The notes under the pieces were generated by a model. The model was not told the DNA's origin. It made no database searches and saw nothing but the letters and a program-made list of their open reading frames with translations. DNA of 63,631 nucleotides, counting the filler. It is 21 parts of 21 records of this genome, joined end to end, with 100 filler letters (N's around TTAATTAATTAA, not from the genome) between each part and the next. Parts side by side here need not be neighbours in the genome. Positions count along the whole stretch, not along the records: positions 1 to 3,981 come from SRR16133337_15746; positions 4,082 to 6,603 come from SRR16133337_16755; positions 6,704 to 9,299 come from SRR16133337_17284; positions 9,400 to 11,500 come from SRR16133337_17467; positions 11,601 to 13,943 come from SRR16133337_17490; 16 more parts are not named here. The stretch is one strand, 5' to 3'. Shown here one piece after another: positions 1 through 11,779 of this stretch; the stretch's first letter is position 1, and the number at the start of each line of letters is the position of its first letter. The position numbers and the translations under genes were made by a program.

Positions 1-43
1 TAGAAACCCGAAAATTTTGGGGTTTCTAAATAGACAGATTATA
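1..43. repeat. Palindromic TA-ended intergenic element, copy 1 (cut by contig start)
   Basis: TAGAAACCCG-AAAATTTT-GGGGTTTCTAAATAGACAGATTATA matches the centre and a degenerate right arm of the family consensus. Confidence 0.75.
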
Positions 44-83
44 CAACCTAAAACTTTAAAACATTATAAATATTTAAATCATT

Positions 84-1976
84 ATGGCTAAAGGAAACAT
101 TAATGTATCGGTGGAAAATATTTTCCCATTAATTAAAAAATTCTTGTACTCTGATCATGAAATCTTTTTAAGAGAATTGATTTCAAACGCAACAGATGCA
201 ACTTCTAAAATAAAGCATTTAATTACCATGGGAGAAGCAGCGGGGGAAGTATATGGAGATCCTCTTATTGAAGTAATTGCAGATAAAAAAAACAAAACAC
301 TTCGTATTATTGACCAAGGAATTGGAATGGATGAAGAAGAGGTTGAAAAATACATCAACCAAATTGCTTTTTCTGGTGCAGAAGAATTTCTTGACAAATA
401 CAAAGATAAAGTAGAAGATTCTGGAATCATCGGTCATTTTGGATTGGGGTTCTATGCTGCTTTTATGGTGGCAGATAAGGTTGAAATCATTACCAAATCT
501 TACAAAAAGGATGCAGTGGCTGTGAAATGGTCTTGTGATGGATCTCCCAACTACACGATCAATCCTGCTAAAAAAGAAACGAGAGGATCTGAAATCATTT
601 TATACATGGCGAAGGATTCTTTGGAATTTTTAGAAGATTCGAAGATTAAAGAACTTTTAAACAAATACAATCGTTTTAACCAAATTCCAATCAAATTCGG
701 AACCAAAGAAGAAACCTTACCGAAAGCGAAAGATGCCCCCAAAGATGCAGAAGCAGAAAAAATTACGGTTGACAATATTATCAATAATGTAAATCCTGCT
801 TGGACAAGAAAACCTGCGGATTTAAAAGTAGAAGATTACAATAATTTCTATAGAGAATTGTATCCTATGCAATTTGAAGAGCCTTTATTTAACATCCACT
901 TAAATGTAGATTATCCTTTTCACTTAACGGGGATTTTGTATTTCCCTAAATTAAGTAAAAGTATAGATATACAAAAGGATAAAATTCAATTGTATCAAAA
1001 TCAAGTCTTTGTTACAGATAATGTAGAAGGAATTGTACCAGACTTTTTGCAGATGTTAAAAGGGGTAATTGATTCTCCAGACATTCCTTTGAACGTTTCT
1101 CGTTCGTATTTACAAGCGGATGGTGCTGTAAAGAAAATTTCTGGATATATCACGAAAAAGATTGCTGACAAATTGACTTCCTTGTACAAAAACAACCGAG
1201 CTGATTTTGAAAAAAAATGGAACGATATCAAAGTCATTATCGAATACGGAATGTTGTCTGATGATAAGTTCTTCGAAAAAGCTCAAAATTTTGTCTTGTA
1301 TCCAACCGTAGATGACAAATTCTTTACCCTTGAAGAATTAAAAAAGAAAACAAAAGACCTTCAAACAGATAAAGAGGGGAATTTGATCTTATTATACGCC
1401 GCCAACAAAGAATCACAACATAGTTATATTTTAGAGGCGAAAGAAAAAGGATATGAAGTCTTATTATTAGATTCTCCTATCATTTCTCATCTGATGCAAA
1501 AATTGGAAGGAGGCAAAGAAAAAGTAAAATTTACACGGGTAGATTCTGATTCTATTGACAACCTTATTAAAAAGGAGGAAACAAAAATCAGCAAGTTGTC
1601 TGATACCGAAAAAGAAACCTTAAAACCTATTATTGAAGCAAATATTCCTAAAGAAAATTATACGGTTCAATTAGAATCTTTAGATTCTTCTGCAAATCCA
1701 TTCAGTATTACAGTTCCTGAATTTATGCGTAGAATGAAGGAAATGAGTCAGTCTGGTGGTGGTGGTATGTTTGGCATGGAAAACATGCCTGAAATGTACA
1801 ACTTGGTGGTAAATACGAACAATGATTTGATCAAGGAAATTTTGGACAATAAGGATAAGACTGCTCAAAAAAAATTGATTGGACAGGCTTTTGATTTGGC
1901 GAAGCTTTCTCAGAATTTATTACATGGAGAGGAATTGACTAAGTTTATCAAACGAAGTTACCAAATGATAAAATAA
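84..1976 (+). CDS. htpG: Molecular chaperone HtpG (Hsp90)
   Basis: 630 aa ORF with Hsp90 motifs LYSDHEIFLRELISNATDA, DQGIGM, IGHFGLGFY and GVIDSPDIPLNVSRS. The sequence is Bacteroidetes-type. Confidence 0.97.
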   Translation: MAKGNINVSVENIFPLIKKFLYSDHEIFLRELISNATDATSKIKHLITMGEAAGEVYGDPLIEVIADKKNKTLRIIDQGIGMDEEEVEKYINQIAFSGAEEFLDKYKDKVEDSGIIGHFGLGFYAAFMVADKVEIITKSYKKDAVAVKWSCDGSPNYTINPAKKETRGSEIILYMAKDSLEFLEDSKIKELLNKYNRFNQIPIKFGTKEETLPKAKDAPKDAEAEKITVDNIINNVNPAWTRKPADLKVEDYNNFYRELYPMQFEEPLFNIHLNVDYPFHLTGILYFPKLSKSIDIQKDKIQLYQNQVFVTDNVEGIVPDFLQMLKGVIDSPDIPLNVSRSYLQADGAVKKISGYITKKIADKLTSLYKNNRADFEKKWNDIKVIIEYGMLSDDKFFEKAQNFVLYPTVDDKFFTLEELKKKTKDLQTDKEGNLILLYAANKESQHSYILEAKEKGYEVLLLDSPIISHLMQKLEGGKEKVKFTRVDSDSIDNLIKKEETKISKLSDTEKETLKPIIEANIPKENYTVQLESLDSSANPFSITVPEFMRRMKEMSQSGGGGMFGMENMPEMYNLVVNTNNDLIKEILDNKDKTAQKKLIGQAFDLAKLSQNLLHGEELTKFIKRSYQMIK

Positions 1977-2000
1977 GTATCCTAGATGCTTTTAATGATA

Positions 2001-2067
2001 TAGACTCCGCCCAGTTAGAAACCTAATTTTATAGATTTTTCTTTGTTTCTAAAGTGGGCGGAGTATA
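2001..2067. repeat. Palindromic element, copy 2 (both arms), between convergent htpG and REase genes
   Basis: TAGACTCCGCCCAGTTAGAAAC (2001-2022) is inverted to GTTTCTAAAGTGGGCGGAGTATA (2045-2067), with an AT-rich loop between them. Confidence 0.9.
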
Positions 2068-2148
2068 GATCTTTCTGGTAAATAAGAATGTCTTGTTTTT
2101 CTTGCTATCTTCTTTTCCTAATGATGCCTAGCATGGATTAGCGTGGAC

Positions 2149-2997
2149 TTATAATACTACATACTTAATCAATTTACAATCAATCATATTTACAGGATTA
2201 TTTGGATCTTGAATTTCTACATTTGTAATTGAAATAGCATCACAAGACTCTAATTTATCCTTACTTTCTTGTGGGAAAGAATTATACTTGACTATTGGAA
2301 GTAATGCAATGCATTGGAACTTTCTTTCCGCTGAATATCCATGAACATAGTCGAAGACTTTGTATGGTGATTGAATTAACCACATTCCTCTTATTCTTAA
2401 GTTTGTTATTTTTAGAGGATCTACAAAATTGACTCTGCCAATCTCATTAGTTGGTGAAAAATCTATATTTGGCGTTGTTTCAATGTTATTCGTTAAAGTT
2501 TTTTTTAATGAAAGATATACTTCTTCATCTGCCGCATAAATAGAACCCTCAACAAACCATAAAGAAGATAATATTTTTGAGCCTTTTGGAATATGACCAA
2601 CTGCATAAATAAAATCTTTTTCTGTCCAATTTTCACAGTTTACACAATGTTTGTTAATAAGCGAACTCGTAGATAACAATTTTGATTTAGGATGAGAACT
2701 GTTAAGCTGTAACTCAGAGGTTAAAGATTCCGTCTTTTTTACTTCAATTGCGTCTCCTCCTTTAAGCATTAAGTCTGGGGGAGTTCGTGAACTGCCTTGA
2801 TATGAAAAAGCATTTTTATATTTATCAATTCTTACTTTTTTATCAAGTTCGTTAAACGTATTTGTAAAAGCATCTTTCACAAATGATTCTAATCCATCTC
2901 CAACACTTGTCGAACGATTACTACCAAACGCAATATCTTTAACGGTTAATTCTTCTAATTGTGCGATATTATATATTGCTTCTAAAATATTTGTCAT
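2149..2997 (-). CDS. Type II restriction endonuclease, NgoPII family
   Basis: Motifs [26 protein letters not shown] (PD-(D/E)XK) and [10 protein letters not shown] resemble NgoPII. The gene overlaps the end of a C5 methyltransferase gene. Confidence 0.85.
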   Translation of the reverse strand: MTNILEAIYNIAQLEELTVKDIAFGSNRSTSVGDGLESFVKDAFTNTFNELDKKVRIDKYKNAFSYQGSSRTPPDLMLKGGDAIEVKKTESLTSELQLNSSHPKSKLLSTSSLINKHCVNCENWTEKDFIYAVGHIPKGSKILSSLWFVEGSIYAADEEVYLSLKKTLTNNIETTPNIDFSPTNEIGRVNFVDPLKITNLRIRGMWLIQSPYKVFDYVHGYSAERKFQCIALLPIVKYNSFPQESKDKLESCDAISITNVEIQDPNNPVNMIDCKLIKYVVL

Positions 2998-3981
2998 ACA
3001 GCAACTGTTTTTTTTGGATAGGTTTTATTTTTTCTTTTCTGCTTTCGTTTGCGACAATTTGCTGTTTTATACTATTCGCTAAAAATTTTGCTAAATTGAC
3101 TGGAACTGCATTTCCAATCATTTTATAACCTGTTGCCATTTTTTTGTAATAAAAGATAAAATCATCTGGAAATGTCTGGATTCTTGCACATTCCCTTATA
3201 CTTAATCTTCTATATAAATGCTCTTTTCCTGGGACGAAAACACGAATATTTTGTTCAAGGAATTTCATTTTTGGGGCTTGTGGATGAATAGGAGCGTGTC
3301 TTCCACCTGCTTGAATAGTGTAGGATTGTTCATTCCAACTTCTTACTCGATTCCGAGACATAAAAATGCTTGAAAAATGACCAATCATATATTCGTGGTT
3401 TGGTATTTTACAATTTTCTCCGTTTGTATTGTTATATTCCAAAGCTGGTAAAACGCCTTCTTTTAAATCTTTAATCGCTGTTTCAAGTGTTATTCTTGGA
3501 AAGGTTTCTGTCGGAAATTCATACTTAAAATTTAAGTCTTTTCTAATTCCAATAAAAAACACTCTTTTTCTGTCTTGTGGAACATTATAATCTGAGGCAT
3601 TTAGCATTTGAAATGATAATTCATAACCAATTCCTGCATTCCTAAATAACTCCTTAATTCCTTCTAAAGCTTCGTTATGTTTAGAAACAAGCATTCCACT
3701 AACATTTTCAGCTAAAAAGAACTTAGGTTGTTTTGCTTCTAAGATTCTTATGAAATCATAGAATAGCTGACCTCTTTTATCTTCGATTCCTCTTGCGGCT
3801 CCAGCTTCACTCCAACTTTGACAAGGAGGTCCCCCAATTATTCCATCACAATCTGGCACTTCATCTGCTAAAATATTTACAATACTTCTTTTGTCAAGCA
3901 AAGTGTTTGGATGATTTTTTTCATAAGTCTCCCAAATTTCTTTATCATATTCGTTTGCCCAAATAACATTAAAACCTGCTT
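2969..3981 (-). CDS. DNA (cytosine-5)-methyltransferase, M.HaeIII/M.NgoPII-like (probably GGCC), 5' truncated
   Basis: C5-MTase motifs [29 protein letters not shown] and YKMIGNAVP. The frame stays open to the contig end ([13 protein letters not shown]). Confidence 0.92.
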
Positions 3982-4081
3982 NNNNNNNNNNNNNNNNNNN
4001 NNNNNNNNNNNNNNNNNNNNNNNNNTTAATTAATTAANNNNNNNNNNNNNNNNNNNNNNNNNNNNNNNNNNNNNNNNNNNN
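3982..4081. other. Artificial contig-join spacer (first of 20)
   Basis: N44-TTAATTAATTAA-N44, with stops in all frames. Further spacers start at 6604, 9300, 11501, 13944, 16153, 20745, 23075, 25432, 28187, 30571, 33472, 39083, 44509, 48695, 51306, 53586, 56953, 59256 and 61423. Confidence 0.99.
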
Positions 4082-5337
4082 GCGGGTGTGGGTGGTTATT
4101 CATTGATATACCGAAAAACCGCGTATATGTACTTTTTTTAAAAAAACACTTTGACACCTGTACAGTAAATATAATTTTCACAACAAATTGTTTTTGTTCT
4201 ACGTGTCCTTTTGTTTTTTTCTCATGCCCAATAAATGTTTGCTTCGGTAAGTCGATCCGGGAAACATACGAATTTTTGTTAGATGAAAAAGATACTTAGT
4301 ATACATCAACATTACATTACATCACTTCGTTCTGTTTGCAGCAGTATGTTTTCACAATTTTCTCAATATCTGCGTTTATTTTCACTCTAAAATTTCACCC
4401 AAAGCAGAAAATGTACATTTCTATCCAAATGTATATTTTTCGTGGCACATCATTTTTTAACACGATCTGGAAAGTGCACTTCATCGATTATTAATAATTT
4501 TTATGCTTCAGAAAGGCCAATGTCTTGACACAATTTTTTCATAAACCTGCGTGATATGATGTCCACTTATAACTTACGTTTTCCTACTTTTTGCGTGAAA
4601 ATTTCGATGACTTCAAAAATAAGTGTTTTAATGCAACTCATTTTGGCAAAGGTTTATAAGAAAATGCATATATTCAAATGTTTGGTGAGTGGTATTAATC
4701 GTTGTTTTTGAGCAATGGAGAAAATTGAAGGAAAAAAAAAGAATAAATGTTTAGGATTTTCTTAAAATGTATTACCACACGGTTGAGGTCCGGAATGAGC
4801 ATGAGCAAACTTACACCCATTGGTGTTTTGTCATCATTTTGCCATATCGAGCGTCCACGCGAAATATGTTTATCATTTTGAAGTTAATTTGTTACTATCA
4901 TTTTATTTAGCAAAATTTCAAAAGCGGCAAAAATTGAAAAACAAAAACACAACATTTGGTAAAGTAAATAATTCAGTTCGTGTATCCACTCAAACAAAGT
5001 TATGAGCCCTCGAAATTAAACATCGAACGTTAATACCAGAGGGCTGGGTGACCCTCCTTTCATGGAAGGAGTGTAGCGGACCCATCCGGGACAGGAGGTT
5101 ACTACCCTTTCAGAGAAGTTGAGTTGAGGGGTTCGCCAAGAGAAGGTGCAATTTTTTTCCAAAAATTGACTTTTCATTACACATAACGATAATAAAACAA
5201 CATTTGAAAGGAACAATGTATTCCTCCAAAATGATTACCCCCATACTCCTGATATTTTCAGAAGTGAAAAATCATTCCCGTTTTCTGAAACTGACCTGGA
5301 GAACACGAAAATTCATGACGTTTAGAAAACCCAATAC

Positions 5338-6546
5338 GGGTTCCTTTCGATAAAATTGTGGGTCGTGTACATGTTCGCTCTTCATCAAAAGGAAACCGAT
5401 AACGAAAGATTATACACGTCTTCTGTTTTTGAGTTGATTCATCCGGAGGTGTAATTTGTTCGATTCGGATATGGAATATATGTGACATTATTTCGTTTTG
5501 TTCGTTTAAATCTGATGTCAGCAAGGAGAGTGATGTATGTGTTTGGATTCTTTGTGCTGTCGTCGATAAAGATTCTACACCAAAATAATGTACAAGATGT
5601 ATCAAACCACTAAAAAAAATACATTCTCAAACATTTTTTCTATACACAAAAACACCTTTCGCCTTAAAAACAAAACAATATTAGGAACAAAAAACAAAGT
5701 TGACAACATAAACTGCACAATTTTTAAAAAAAATCAATCACGCGCTTTCGTCGGAACACAAGCAAAAGAACAACTTGGAAAACATATATTTTGCTGTGTG
5801 ACAATTCGATGCCACCTTGAAAAATTATCTAAAAGTCTACGTCATTGATCACAAAAAAGGCACTGGATGTTCAAATAAAACTATCGACTTCGTTGTATTT
5901 CGATTGTTTTTGAACATTAGCTTAAACTAGGCATATTCACAACCTAACAACACAGACCGTATATGACAAACCTGCAGTGTATGTGGATGTTATGTGTAAA
6001 AAAAAAATCAGGCGACATAGGGCGTGGGTGGCTATTCATTGATATGGGTTGTAATGCTAACAAAGCAAACAGTGCATAATGTTTTCTCACCCGAAAGTCA
6101 AAACCTTAATTCTAAAACTTTGCCAAAATCACATCATGTATGAATTAAATTTCACAAAAAAAAAAGTTTCATGACTCGTGTGCAGTGCCAACCAGAGTTT
6201 CGATAAAAGGCAACATGTGCATTTTGAGCGATAGACCCATTCAATGTGTTAAACGCCTAGATGACATACCCCCAGTACTAGCATCTTTCTCGTTTGATTG
6301 CTGACATCCCCTTTGCTGTCCTTTTTTCACCGCGTCGTCTTCATTGTCACTCTCTTTGACGCCTTCATTGTCTTTTCTAGGTTGTAAAAGTTCATCTTCG
6401 CGTGTAATAAAAGGTTGCAAAAGCTCATCTTCGCTGTCGTCACAAGTTTCATCGCCCTTTTTAAACTCAATTTTGATGTTCTCATCGACATCACGTTTTG
6501 TAGCGACACCATCATCGGATTCGACAGGTAAACGGTAGGAGACTGT
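5338..6546 (-). CDS. Eukaryotic spliced gene fragment, unknown product (exons about 6546-6270 and 5574 to about 5338)
   Basis: An acidic exon containing EDELLQP twice ends in G|GTATGT. It joins in phase to TAG|AATCT, continuing as ESLSTTAQRIQ...HIFHIRIEQ...FRYRFPFD. The outer exon boundaries are uncertain. Confidence 0.45.
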
Positions 6547-7226
6547 CTAATGGTTTTCAAAGGCGATGTTATTGGTTTTTGGGCTCGTTGTCGATCAAAT
6601 ATTNNNNNNNNNNNNNNNNNNNNNNNNNNNNNNNNNNNNNNNNNNNNTTAATTAATTAANNNNNNNNNNNNNNNNNNNNNNNNNNNNNNNNNNNNNNNNN
6701 NNNAGCATCGAAATGTGAAAATAATTGAAATTTGTGATAATTTTCAACAAGCAAAACGCCTGAATCACCAAACGAAAATTCCCAGATGAGTTCGGCATTA
6801 TTTTAACATATTTCGACTTGAAGTACATCGAAGTGGATTTAGAGACAAAAAAAGAATATTTTGATTCGTTTGTATGTATCACCATGATGTCATTGCCATT
6901 TGACACCTTTTAAAAAGCCGTTCATGTCAAACAAAGGTTTTTTCAGAGATAGGTCAGTGTCTTGTCGTGTGCATGGAGTGGGTAGCCTAGCAGAAGGTAT
7001 ATTTCATGAAAATTGATCAAACAATCTTTTCATGCTTTTGTAAAACATCATGGAGATTTTATGAGATTTTTAAGAACAGAAATGTGTTATTTCAACTTCT
7101 ACAAACCCGATTAGTGTACAGTATATTTTCATTTTACGTTGCGGAATTCATCTCACCGACATCCCGTAATTTTTGTTTGCATAAAAATAATACATGCATG
7201 GAGTCTTGACTAAAATTGCGTCAAAA

Positions 7227-7903
7227 TTAAACAGAAAAAATAATGAATTGTTGGCACACCGCTTTATTTGAGTGACTGTGGGTAGTTGTGAGATTACACA
7301 TAACGTGGGGAAATAACGACAAACAATGTTGTAAAAAAGAAGGAAACGCTTTTTGGAAGGTACATGGACTCCTGGAAAACGTTTCAACATTACCAATATT
7401 TTCATCCTTCATCATTGGAAATAATATTTCAGGTTCCCGTGTCAGCAAGGACCAAAACAAAACGTAGTTGACATCAAAATTTTTCAAAAACTCCGTCCTC
7501 GCCTCCACGCCCCACCTGTGTAAAAGAAGTTGCACTTTTGTCCCGTTCAAAACAATTTCCATCACAACACGAATCAAAAAAATATGAAGTAGGACCGAAA
7601 CCCACAGTTCTTCCTACAATTGAAATCTGTGAGCCGGTTCGAGACATTCAAGCTGAGCACGTGAGACCAGTGGTTGTTGAAATGTGTTAAGGTGAGGTTA
7701 TGTAAAACTAAGTCATCTTGTACACTTACATTATCCACAACTTTTCCAAACAACTCAAAATGGTTGTTGACAACATCATGAAACAATTGATTGAACTGTG
7801 AACATTCCATCACAAAATGTTGAGGTACTACTTTCTTCTTTTGAGCTCCAAACCCAAATCCATAACTGCGCCGTTCATTCAGTGAAACAAAATTGAGAAT
7901 CAC
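7227..7903 (-). CDS. Probable exons of an unknown eukaryotic gene
   Basis: Two adjacent minus-strand ORFs with protein-like composition in AT-rich DNA. The splice structure was not resolved. Confidence 0.25.
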
Positions 7904-9979
7904 AAGATTTTCAAGAGACTAACAAACCAAAAACCAAAAATCGTTTTAAGAGCGAAAATAATTCGTTCCAAAACATCAATTTAAACTATCATTCACAACA
8001 TACGCCGCCCCAAAACATTTTAAAGCGTAAATTTCTAGAAAGAAAATATTTGTTACGACTGTCTTAAAATACAGTTACCTCTAAAAAAATTTCTTTCGAC
8101 TCGTGAATTCTTCCCAAAAGCAGGTGGGAGGACGTGTGGGTGTGTGGGCGTTGTACCAAGTGCGTGTGGCTGGTAGGTCATCTTTTAACCTTATCGTTCA
8201 AAAACAAGACTAATTTCCCTCAAATTTTCGAAGGGTGTGTGGGTGTGGAAGAAAATAGTTTAGTATCATTTACACTCTTATACCCATCTCTTTTCAAATT
8301 GTTTGTGTTCTAACCTTTTCGAGATATTTCGGATGTTCAAAAAGTTTCCTGACAATTGATCGAGTGACTGCAACCATTCCTTCTTTTGATGGATGTCCTT
8401 TTGTTTTTCTCACCCAAGAAGATAACAAAACCCTACAACACACAAAAACAAATTAAATAAACTGAAAAATTTCGCCAATATGCTTTTTACACATACAAAC
8501 AAATCGTTCAAAACATTTACAAAAAAATCAAAAAACAATCTCTAGGATTTCTTTCAATTGAGTGTTGGAAACTATTTGTATCCACCAAAATAATATTCGT
8601 TATGCAAAATAGTCCATCAACCATACTTTTGACACATTCGTATTTGTTTTTCTTGCTTGGGTTGCAAAATTAGCTGAAATATAACGTTTGCTGGAGTGGG
8701 CGATGCTTGATAGAAATTATCTTCCTCTGCCCTTATCTCGGTTATAACAAATTATACCTGAGTTTTTTGGTTTTTTAATTCGAAATACTTATTTTTTGTT
8801 GGGCTGTATGTTGTAAAAATGAACACTCAGAACGGACAAAAAGCATGAACACTTTTTAGTTCAATTCAACTTATCCCACTTCATCCATACATCAACCCAG
8901 GACACAATTTCACAAACTTGGATTGTGGAAGGGGCTGTAATTATGCAAACTGTTGATTATTAATGACAAACGCACAGGGATCACGCATTTTAAAAAAGAA
9001 AAACAAATCCATCAGAATCTACTAAAGGGTTAGGTTAGTATAGAATCAGAAAAAACATTAGCAATGTTTTTATTTTTCGTCAAAATGATTATTACAAGCT
9101 CGTGTAGTTTCACATTCTTACAAAAAATTATTAAAAAATGATTGCACAGGAGCTAACGGAGCAAGAACTCCGCCCACTCCATTCGAAAATGAGACATCCC
9201 CCTCACCCCACACCCACCTCACTCGTCCACTCCACACTCCCACCCTTTCAATACCGCAGGTAAAAACACAAGAACCCCCTCCCTTCAAACTTTGGTCAAN
9301 NNNNNNNNNNNNNNNNNNNNNNNNNNNNNNNNNNNNNNNNNNNTTAATTAATTAANNNNNNNNNNNNNNNNNNNNNNNNNNNNNNNNNNNNNNNNNNNNG
9401 AATAAAATCTCTACGACACATCATACTTACAAAAATAACAAACATGAAACGATTGATAGTCATTTTATACATCCCTCACCACCTCGCCCACACCTCACAC
9501 ATTGACCATGCATGTTTGGCGTGTCACTTGGTCACGTGACATAAAATACAAAAAACTCAATTTATACCCAATTAATATCATACAATTGAAGTGTTGCATC
9601 TGCAATTGTTCACAACCAAGAAAATAAAATTTCGCAATACACAGAAAAAAAATCGTTTCCAACAAAAATTTACTTCAGTACATTTTCGTGATATCTTAGC
9701 ATTTAATGTTAATGTAAGAGGCAGCGGGAGAAATGTTGCAGCGAGAAATGTTTCATAGGATAGATTGAAAAAAGAAATGGGAGAGGAAAAATCGATCACG
9801 GGAGGAAGAAATGAAATAAAATTTAATTAGTTTTCTAACATTTCTGTTCCGGGAGAAAAAAAAATCAAAATAAACAAATGACAATCTTCAAGGGAAATAG
9901 TTGACTTGTAGTGGCACAGTGCTGAAACTTGGGGAACAATGTAGATGTGTTAAAATTTCCATGGAATGTGTGTTCATAC

Positions 9980-10769
9980 CTTTAGCAGCGACTTCTGGAT
10001 CGCTCATGGGATCGCAATATTTTACAGTTAAAACTGCCCCATTGTCAAGCTCCTCATAGAAACAAATACTCTTATCAGATGACCGTACAGTAAATGGCAT
10101 CTAAGTAATATGACAACAATCAAAAGTCATATACTTTGTCAATTATATCTAAAATAGTTCATCCGCATACAGCCGACACCACCCACACACCACTCGCAAA
10201 AACGCACTAAAGTTCGCATTTTTATAGCGTGCATTTTTTACTCTGCTGGTTGTCTGAAATGAAAACTGGTGTTCCCATAAAGTAACAATTATTCGTGGTT
10301 TTATGCATATTATGGACACTACAAAATAGGGAAAAATACGACTTCGCATTTTTAGGGCGAAAAATCCCGAGCGTGAAATGATATGTGGAATGTGTGTTAC
10401 GGGCCCCAACACATGATTTTACAGTACACACAAACAAAATGAAGCTTATCCCACAATTTCTGTGCAAACCGGCGGAAATAACGACACTACGTTTTTCTTT
10501 AAAGGATCACACAAAAGTTTTCTTTCCAATTTCTCGCGTCCCAAAACAATACGTATTACCCAACAGCTTCTGGCCAACCACACAACCCACACCCAAGTAA
10601 TATATTGATATTCTACATACGTTATTTTCACTATATGTTCCAACAAGGTTCCTATTTGGTGCAAGATTAAGTTTTGATCTGATGACGCCCCATACGGTAA
10701 CAGACTTGTCACTTCTGTTGATTGTGACCTTGTAGTTGTTTTGGCTTTCGTGATATTTCACAATGATTT
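9980..10769 (-). CDS. Eukaryotic spliced gene fragment, unknown product (exons 10769-10621 and 10100-9980)
   Basis: TTTTTAG|...AAC|GTATGT and TTAG|ATG...AAAG|GTATGA give a phase-0 junction reading IIVKYHESQNNYKVTINRSDKSVTVWGVIRSKLNLAPNRNLVGTYSENN-MPFTVRSSDKSICFYEELDNGAVLTVKYCD. Confidence 0.5.
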
Positions 10770-11779
10770 CTAAAAAACGAAAATACAAGAATATGTTTAC
10801 TTCAAATTAAGACTAACTAATATTCGTATCAACAACAACAAAAAGATAAAACAAAACAACGAAAAACCAGATTGTGCTTTCTAGCATCTGCGTGCCTAAT
10901 ACCTATCAATAGTTGCCCTACCGAATTAAGATGTAATGCATAAAAAAAACGAATGCTGTCACACATGCCTATCTCTACTCGAATGAACTGAATCAGTTAC
11001 TATATAAACTAACCTCACTCAACCCACACAACAAAACTTTACTGTCTTGCGTTGCACAGAAACGGTTTTACTTTCATAACTTTCGTGTGAACTCACATAT
11101 ATGTTTGAGCGAACCGCCTTAAACCACATTATAGACAATGGGCATCAGCAATTAAACTACGTAAAATAAGACAAGAAGATTTACACACCAATTGAAAATA
11201 TACAAACAGCACTCGCCACTCGACTCAGATGTGCTGAAAAGTTTTGAAACAAACAAATGTAACCAAAACGCCAGAAAAATACAATTGTGGAACAGATTGT
11301 TTCCTCGAAACTTAACTGTTGAGACATAAGGTAAGAACAATACACTAGCTCAATGAAGAAACCTTCACACACACATCATGGGTATTTATTTTTTTAAAAA
11401 AACTAAGGCAAAAGGGGAGGTAATTTCTCGAAAATTGAGCTATCAAAGATTTTATTTTGGGAAATGTGAGAAAAAAAAATGAAATTTTTAAATTGAAAGA
11501 NNNNNNNNNNNNNNNNNNNNNNNNNNNNNNNNNNNNNNNNNNNNTTAATTAATTAANNNNNNNNNNNNNNNNNNNNNNNNNNNNNNNNNNNNNNNNNNNN
11601 AAAAAAAAGAGTAATAAATTATTTCTAAAATACCTTTTTCCCCTGTCATAGAAAATTATATTCCAACATTCTTAAAAAGGGCAACAATTTTAACTTTTGT
11701 CATGGACCAAAAAATTATTTCCATTTCAATAAAAATGAATGTTCGTGACAGTAAAAAAAAATATTGACATATAACTCAC

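Noticed and set aside
155-1868. Short antisense ORFs within htpG (likewise within ileS, the helicase and the trp genes)
   Set aside because: They are shadow frames of well-supported genes and have no recognisable motifs.
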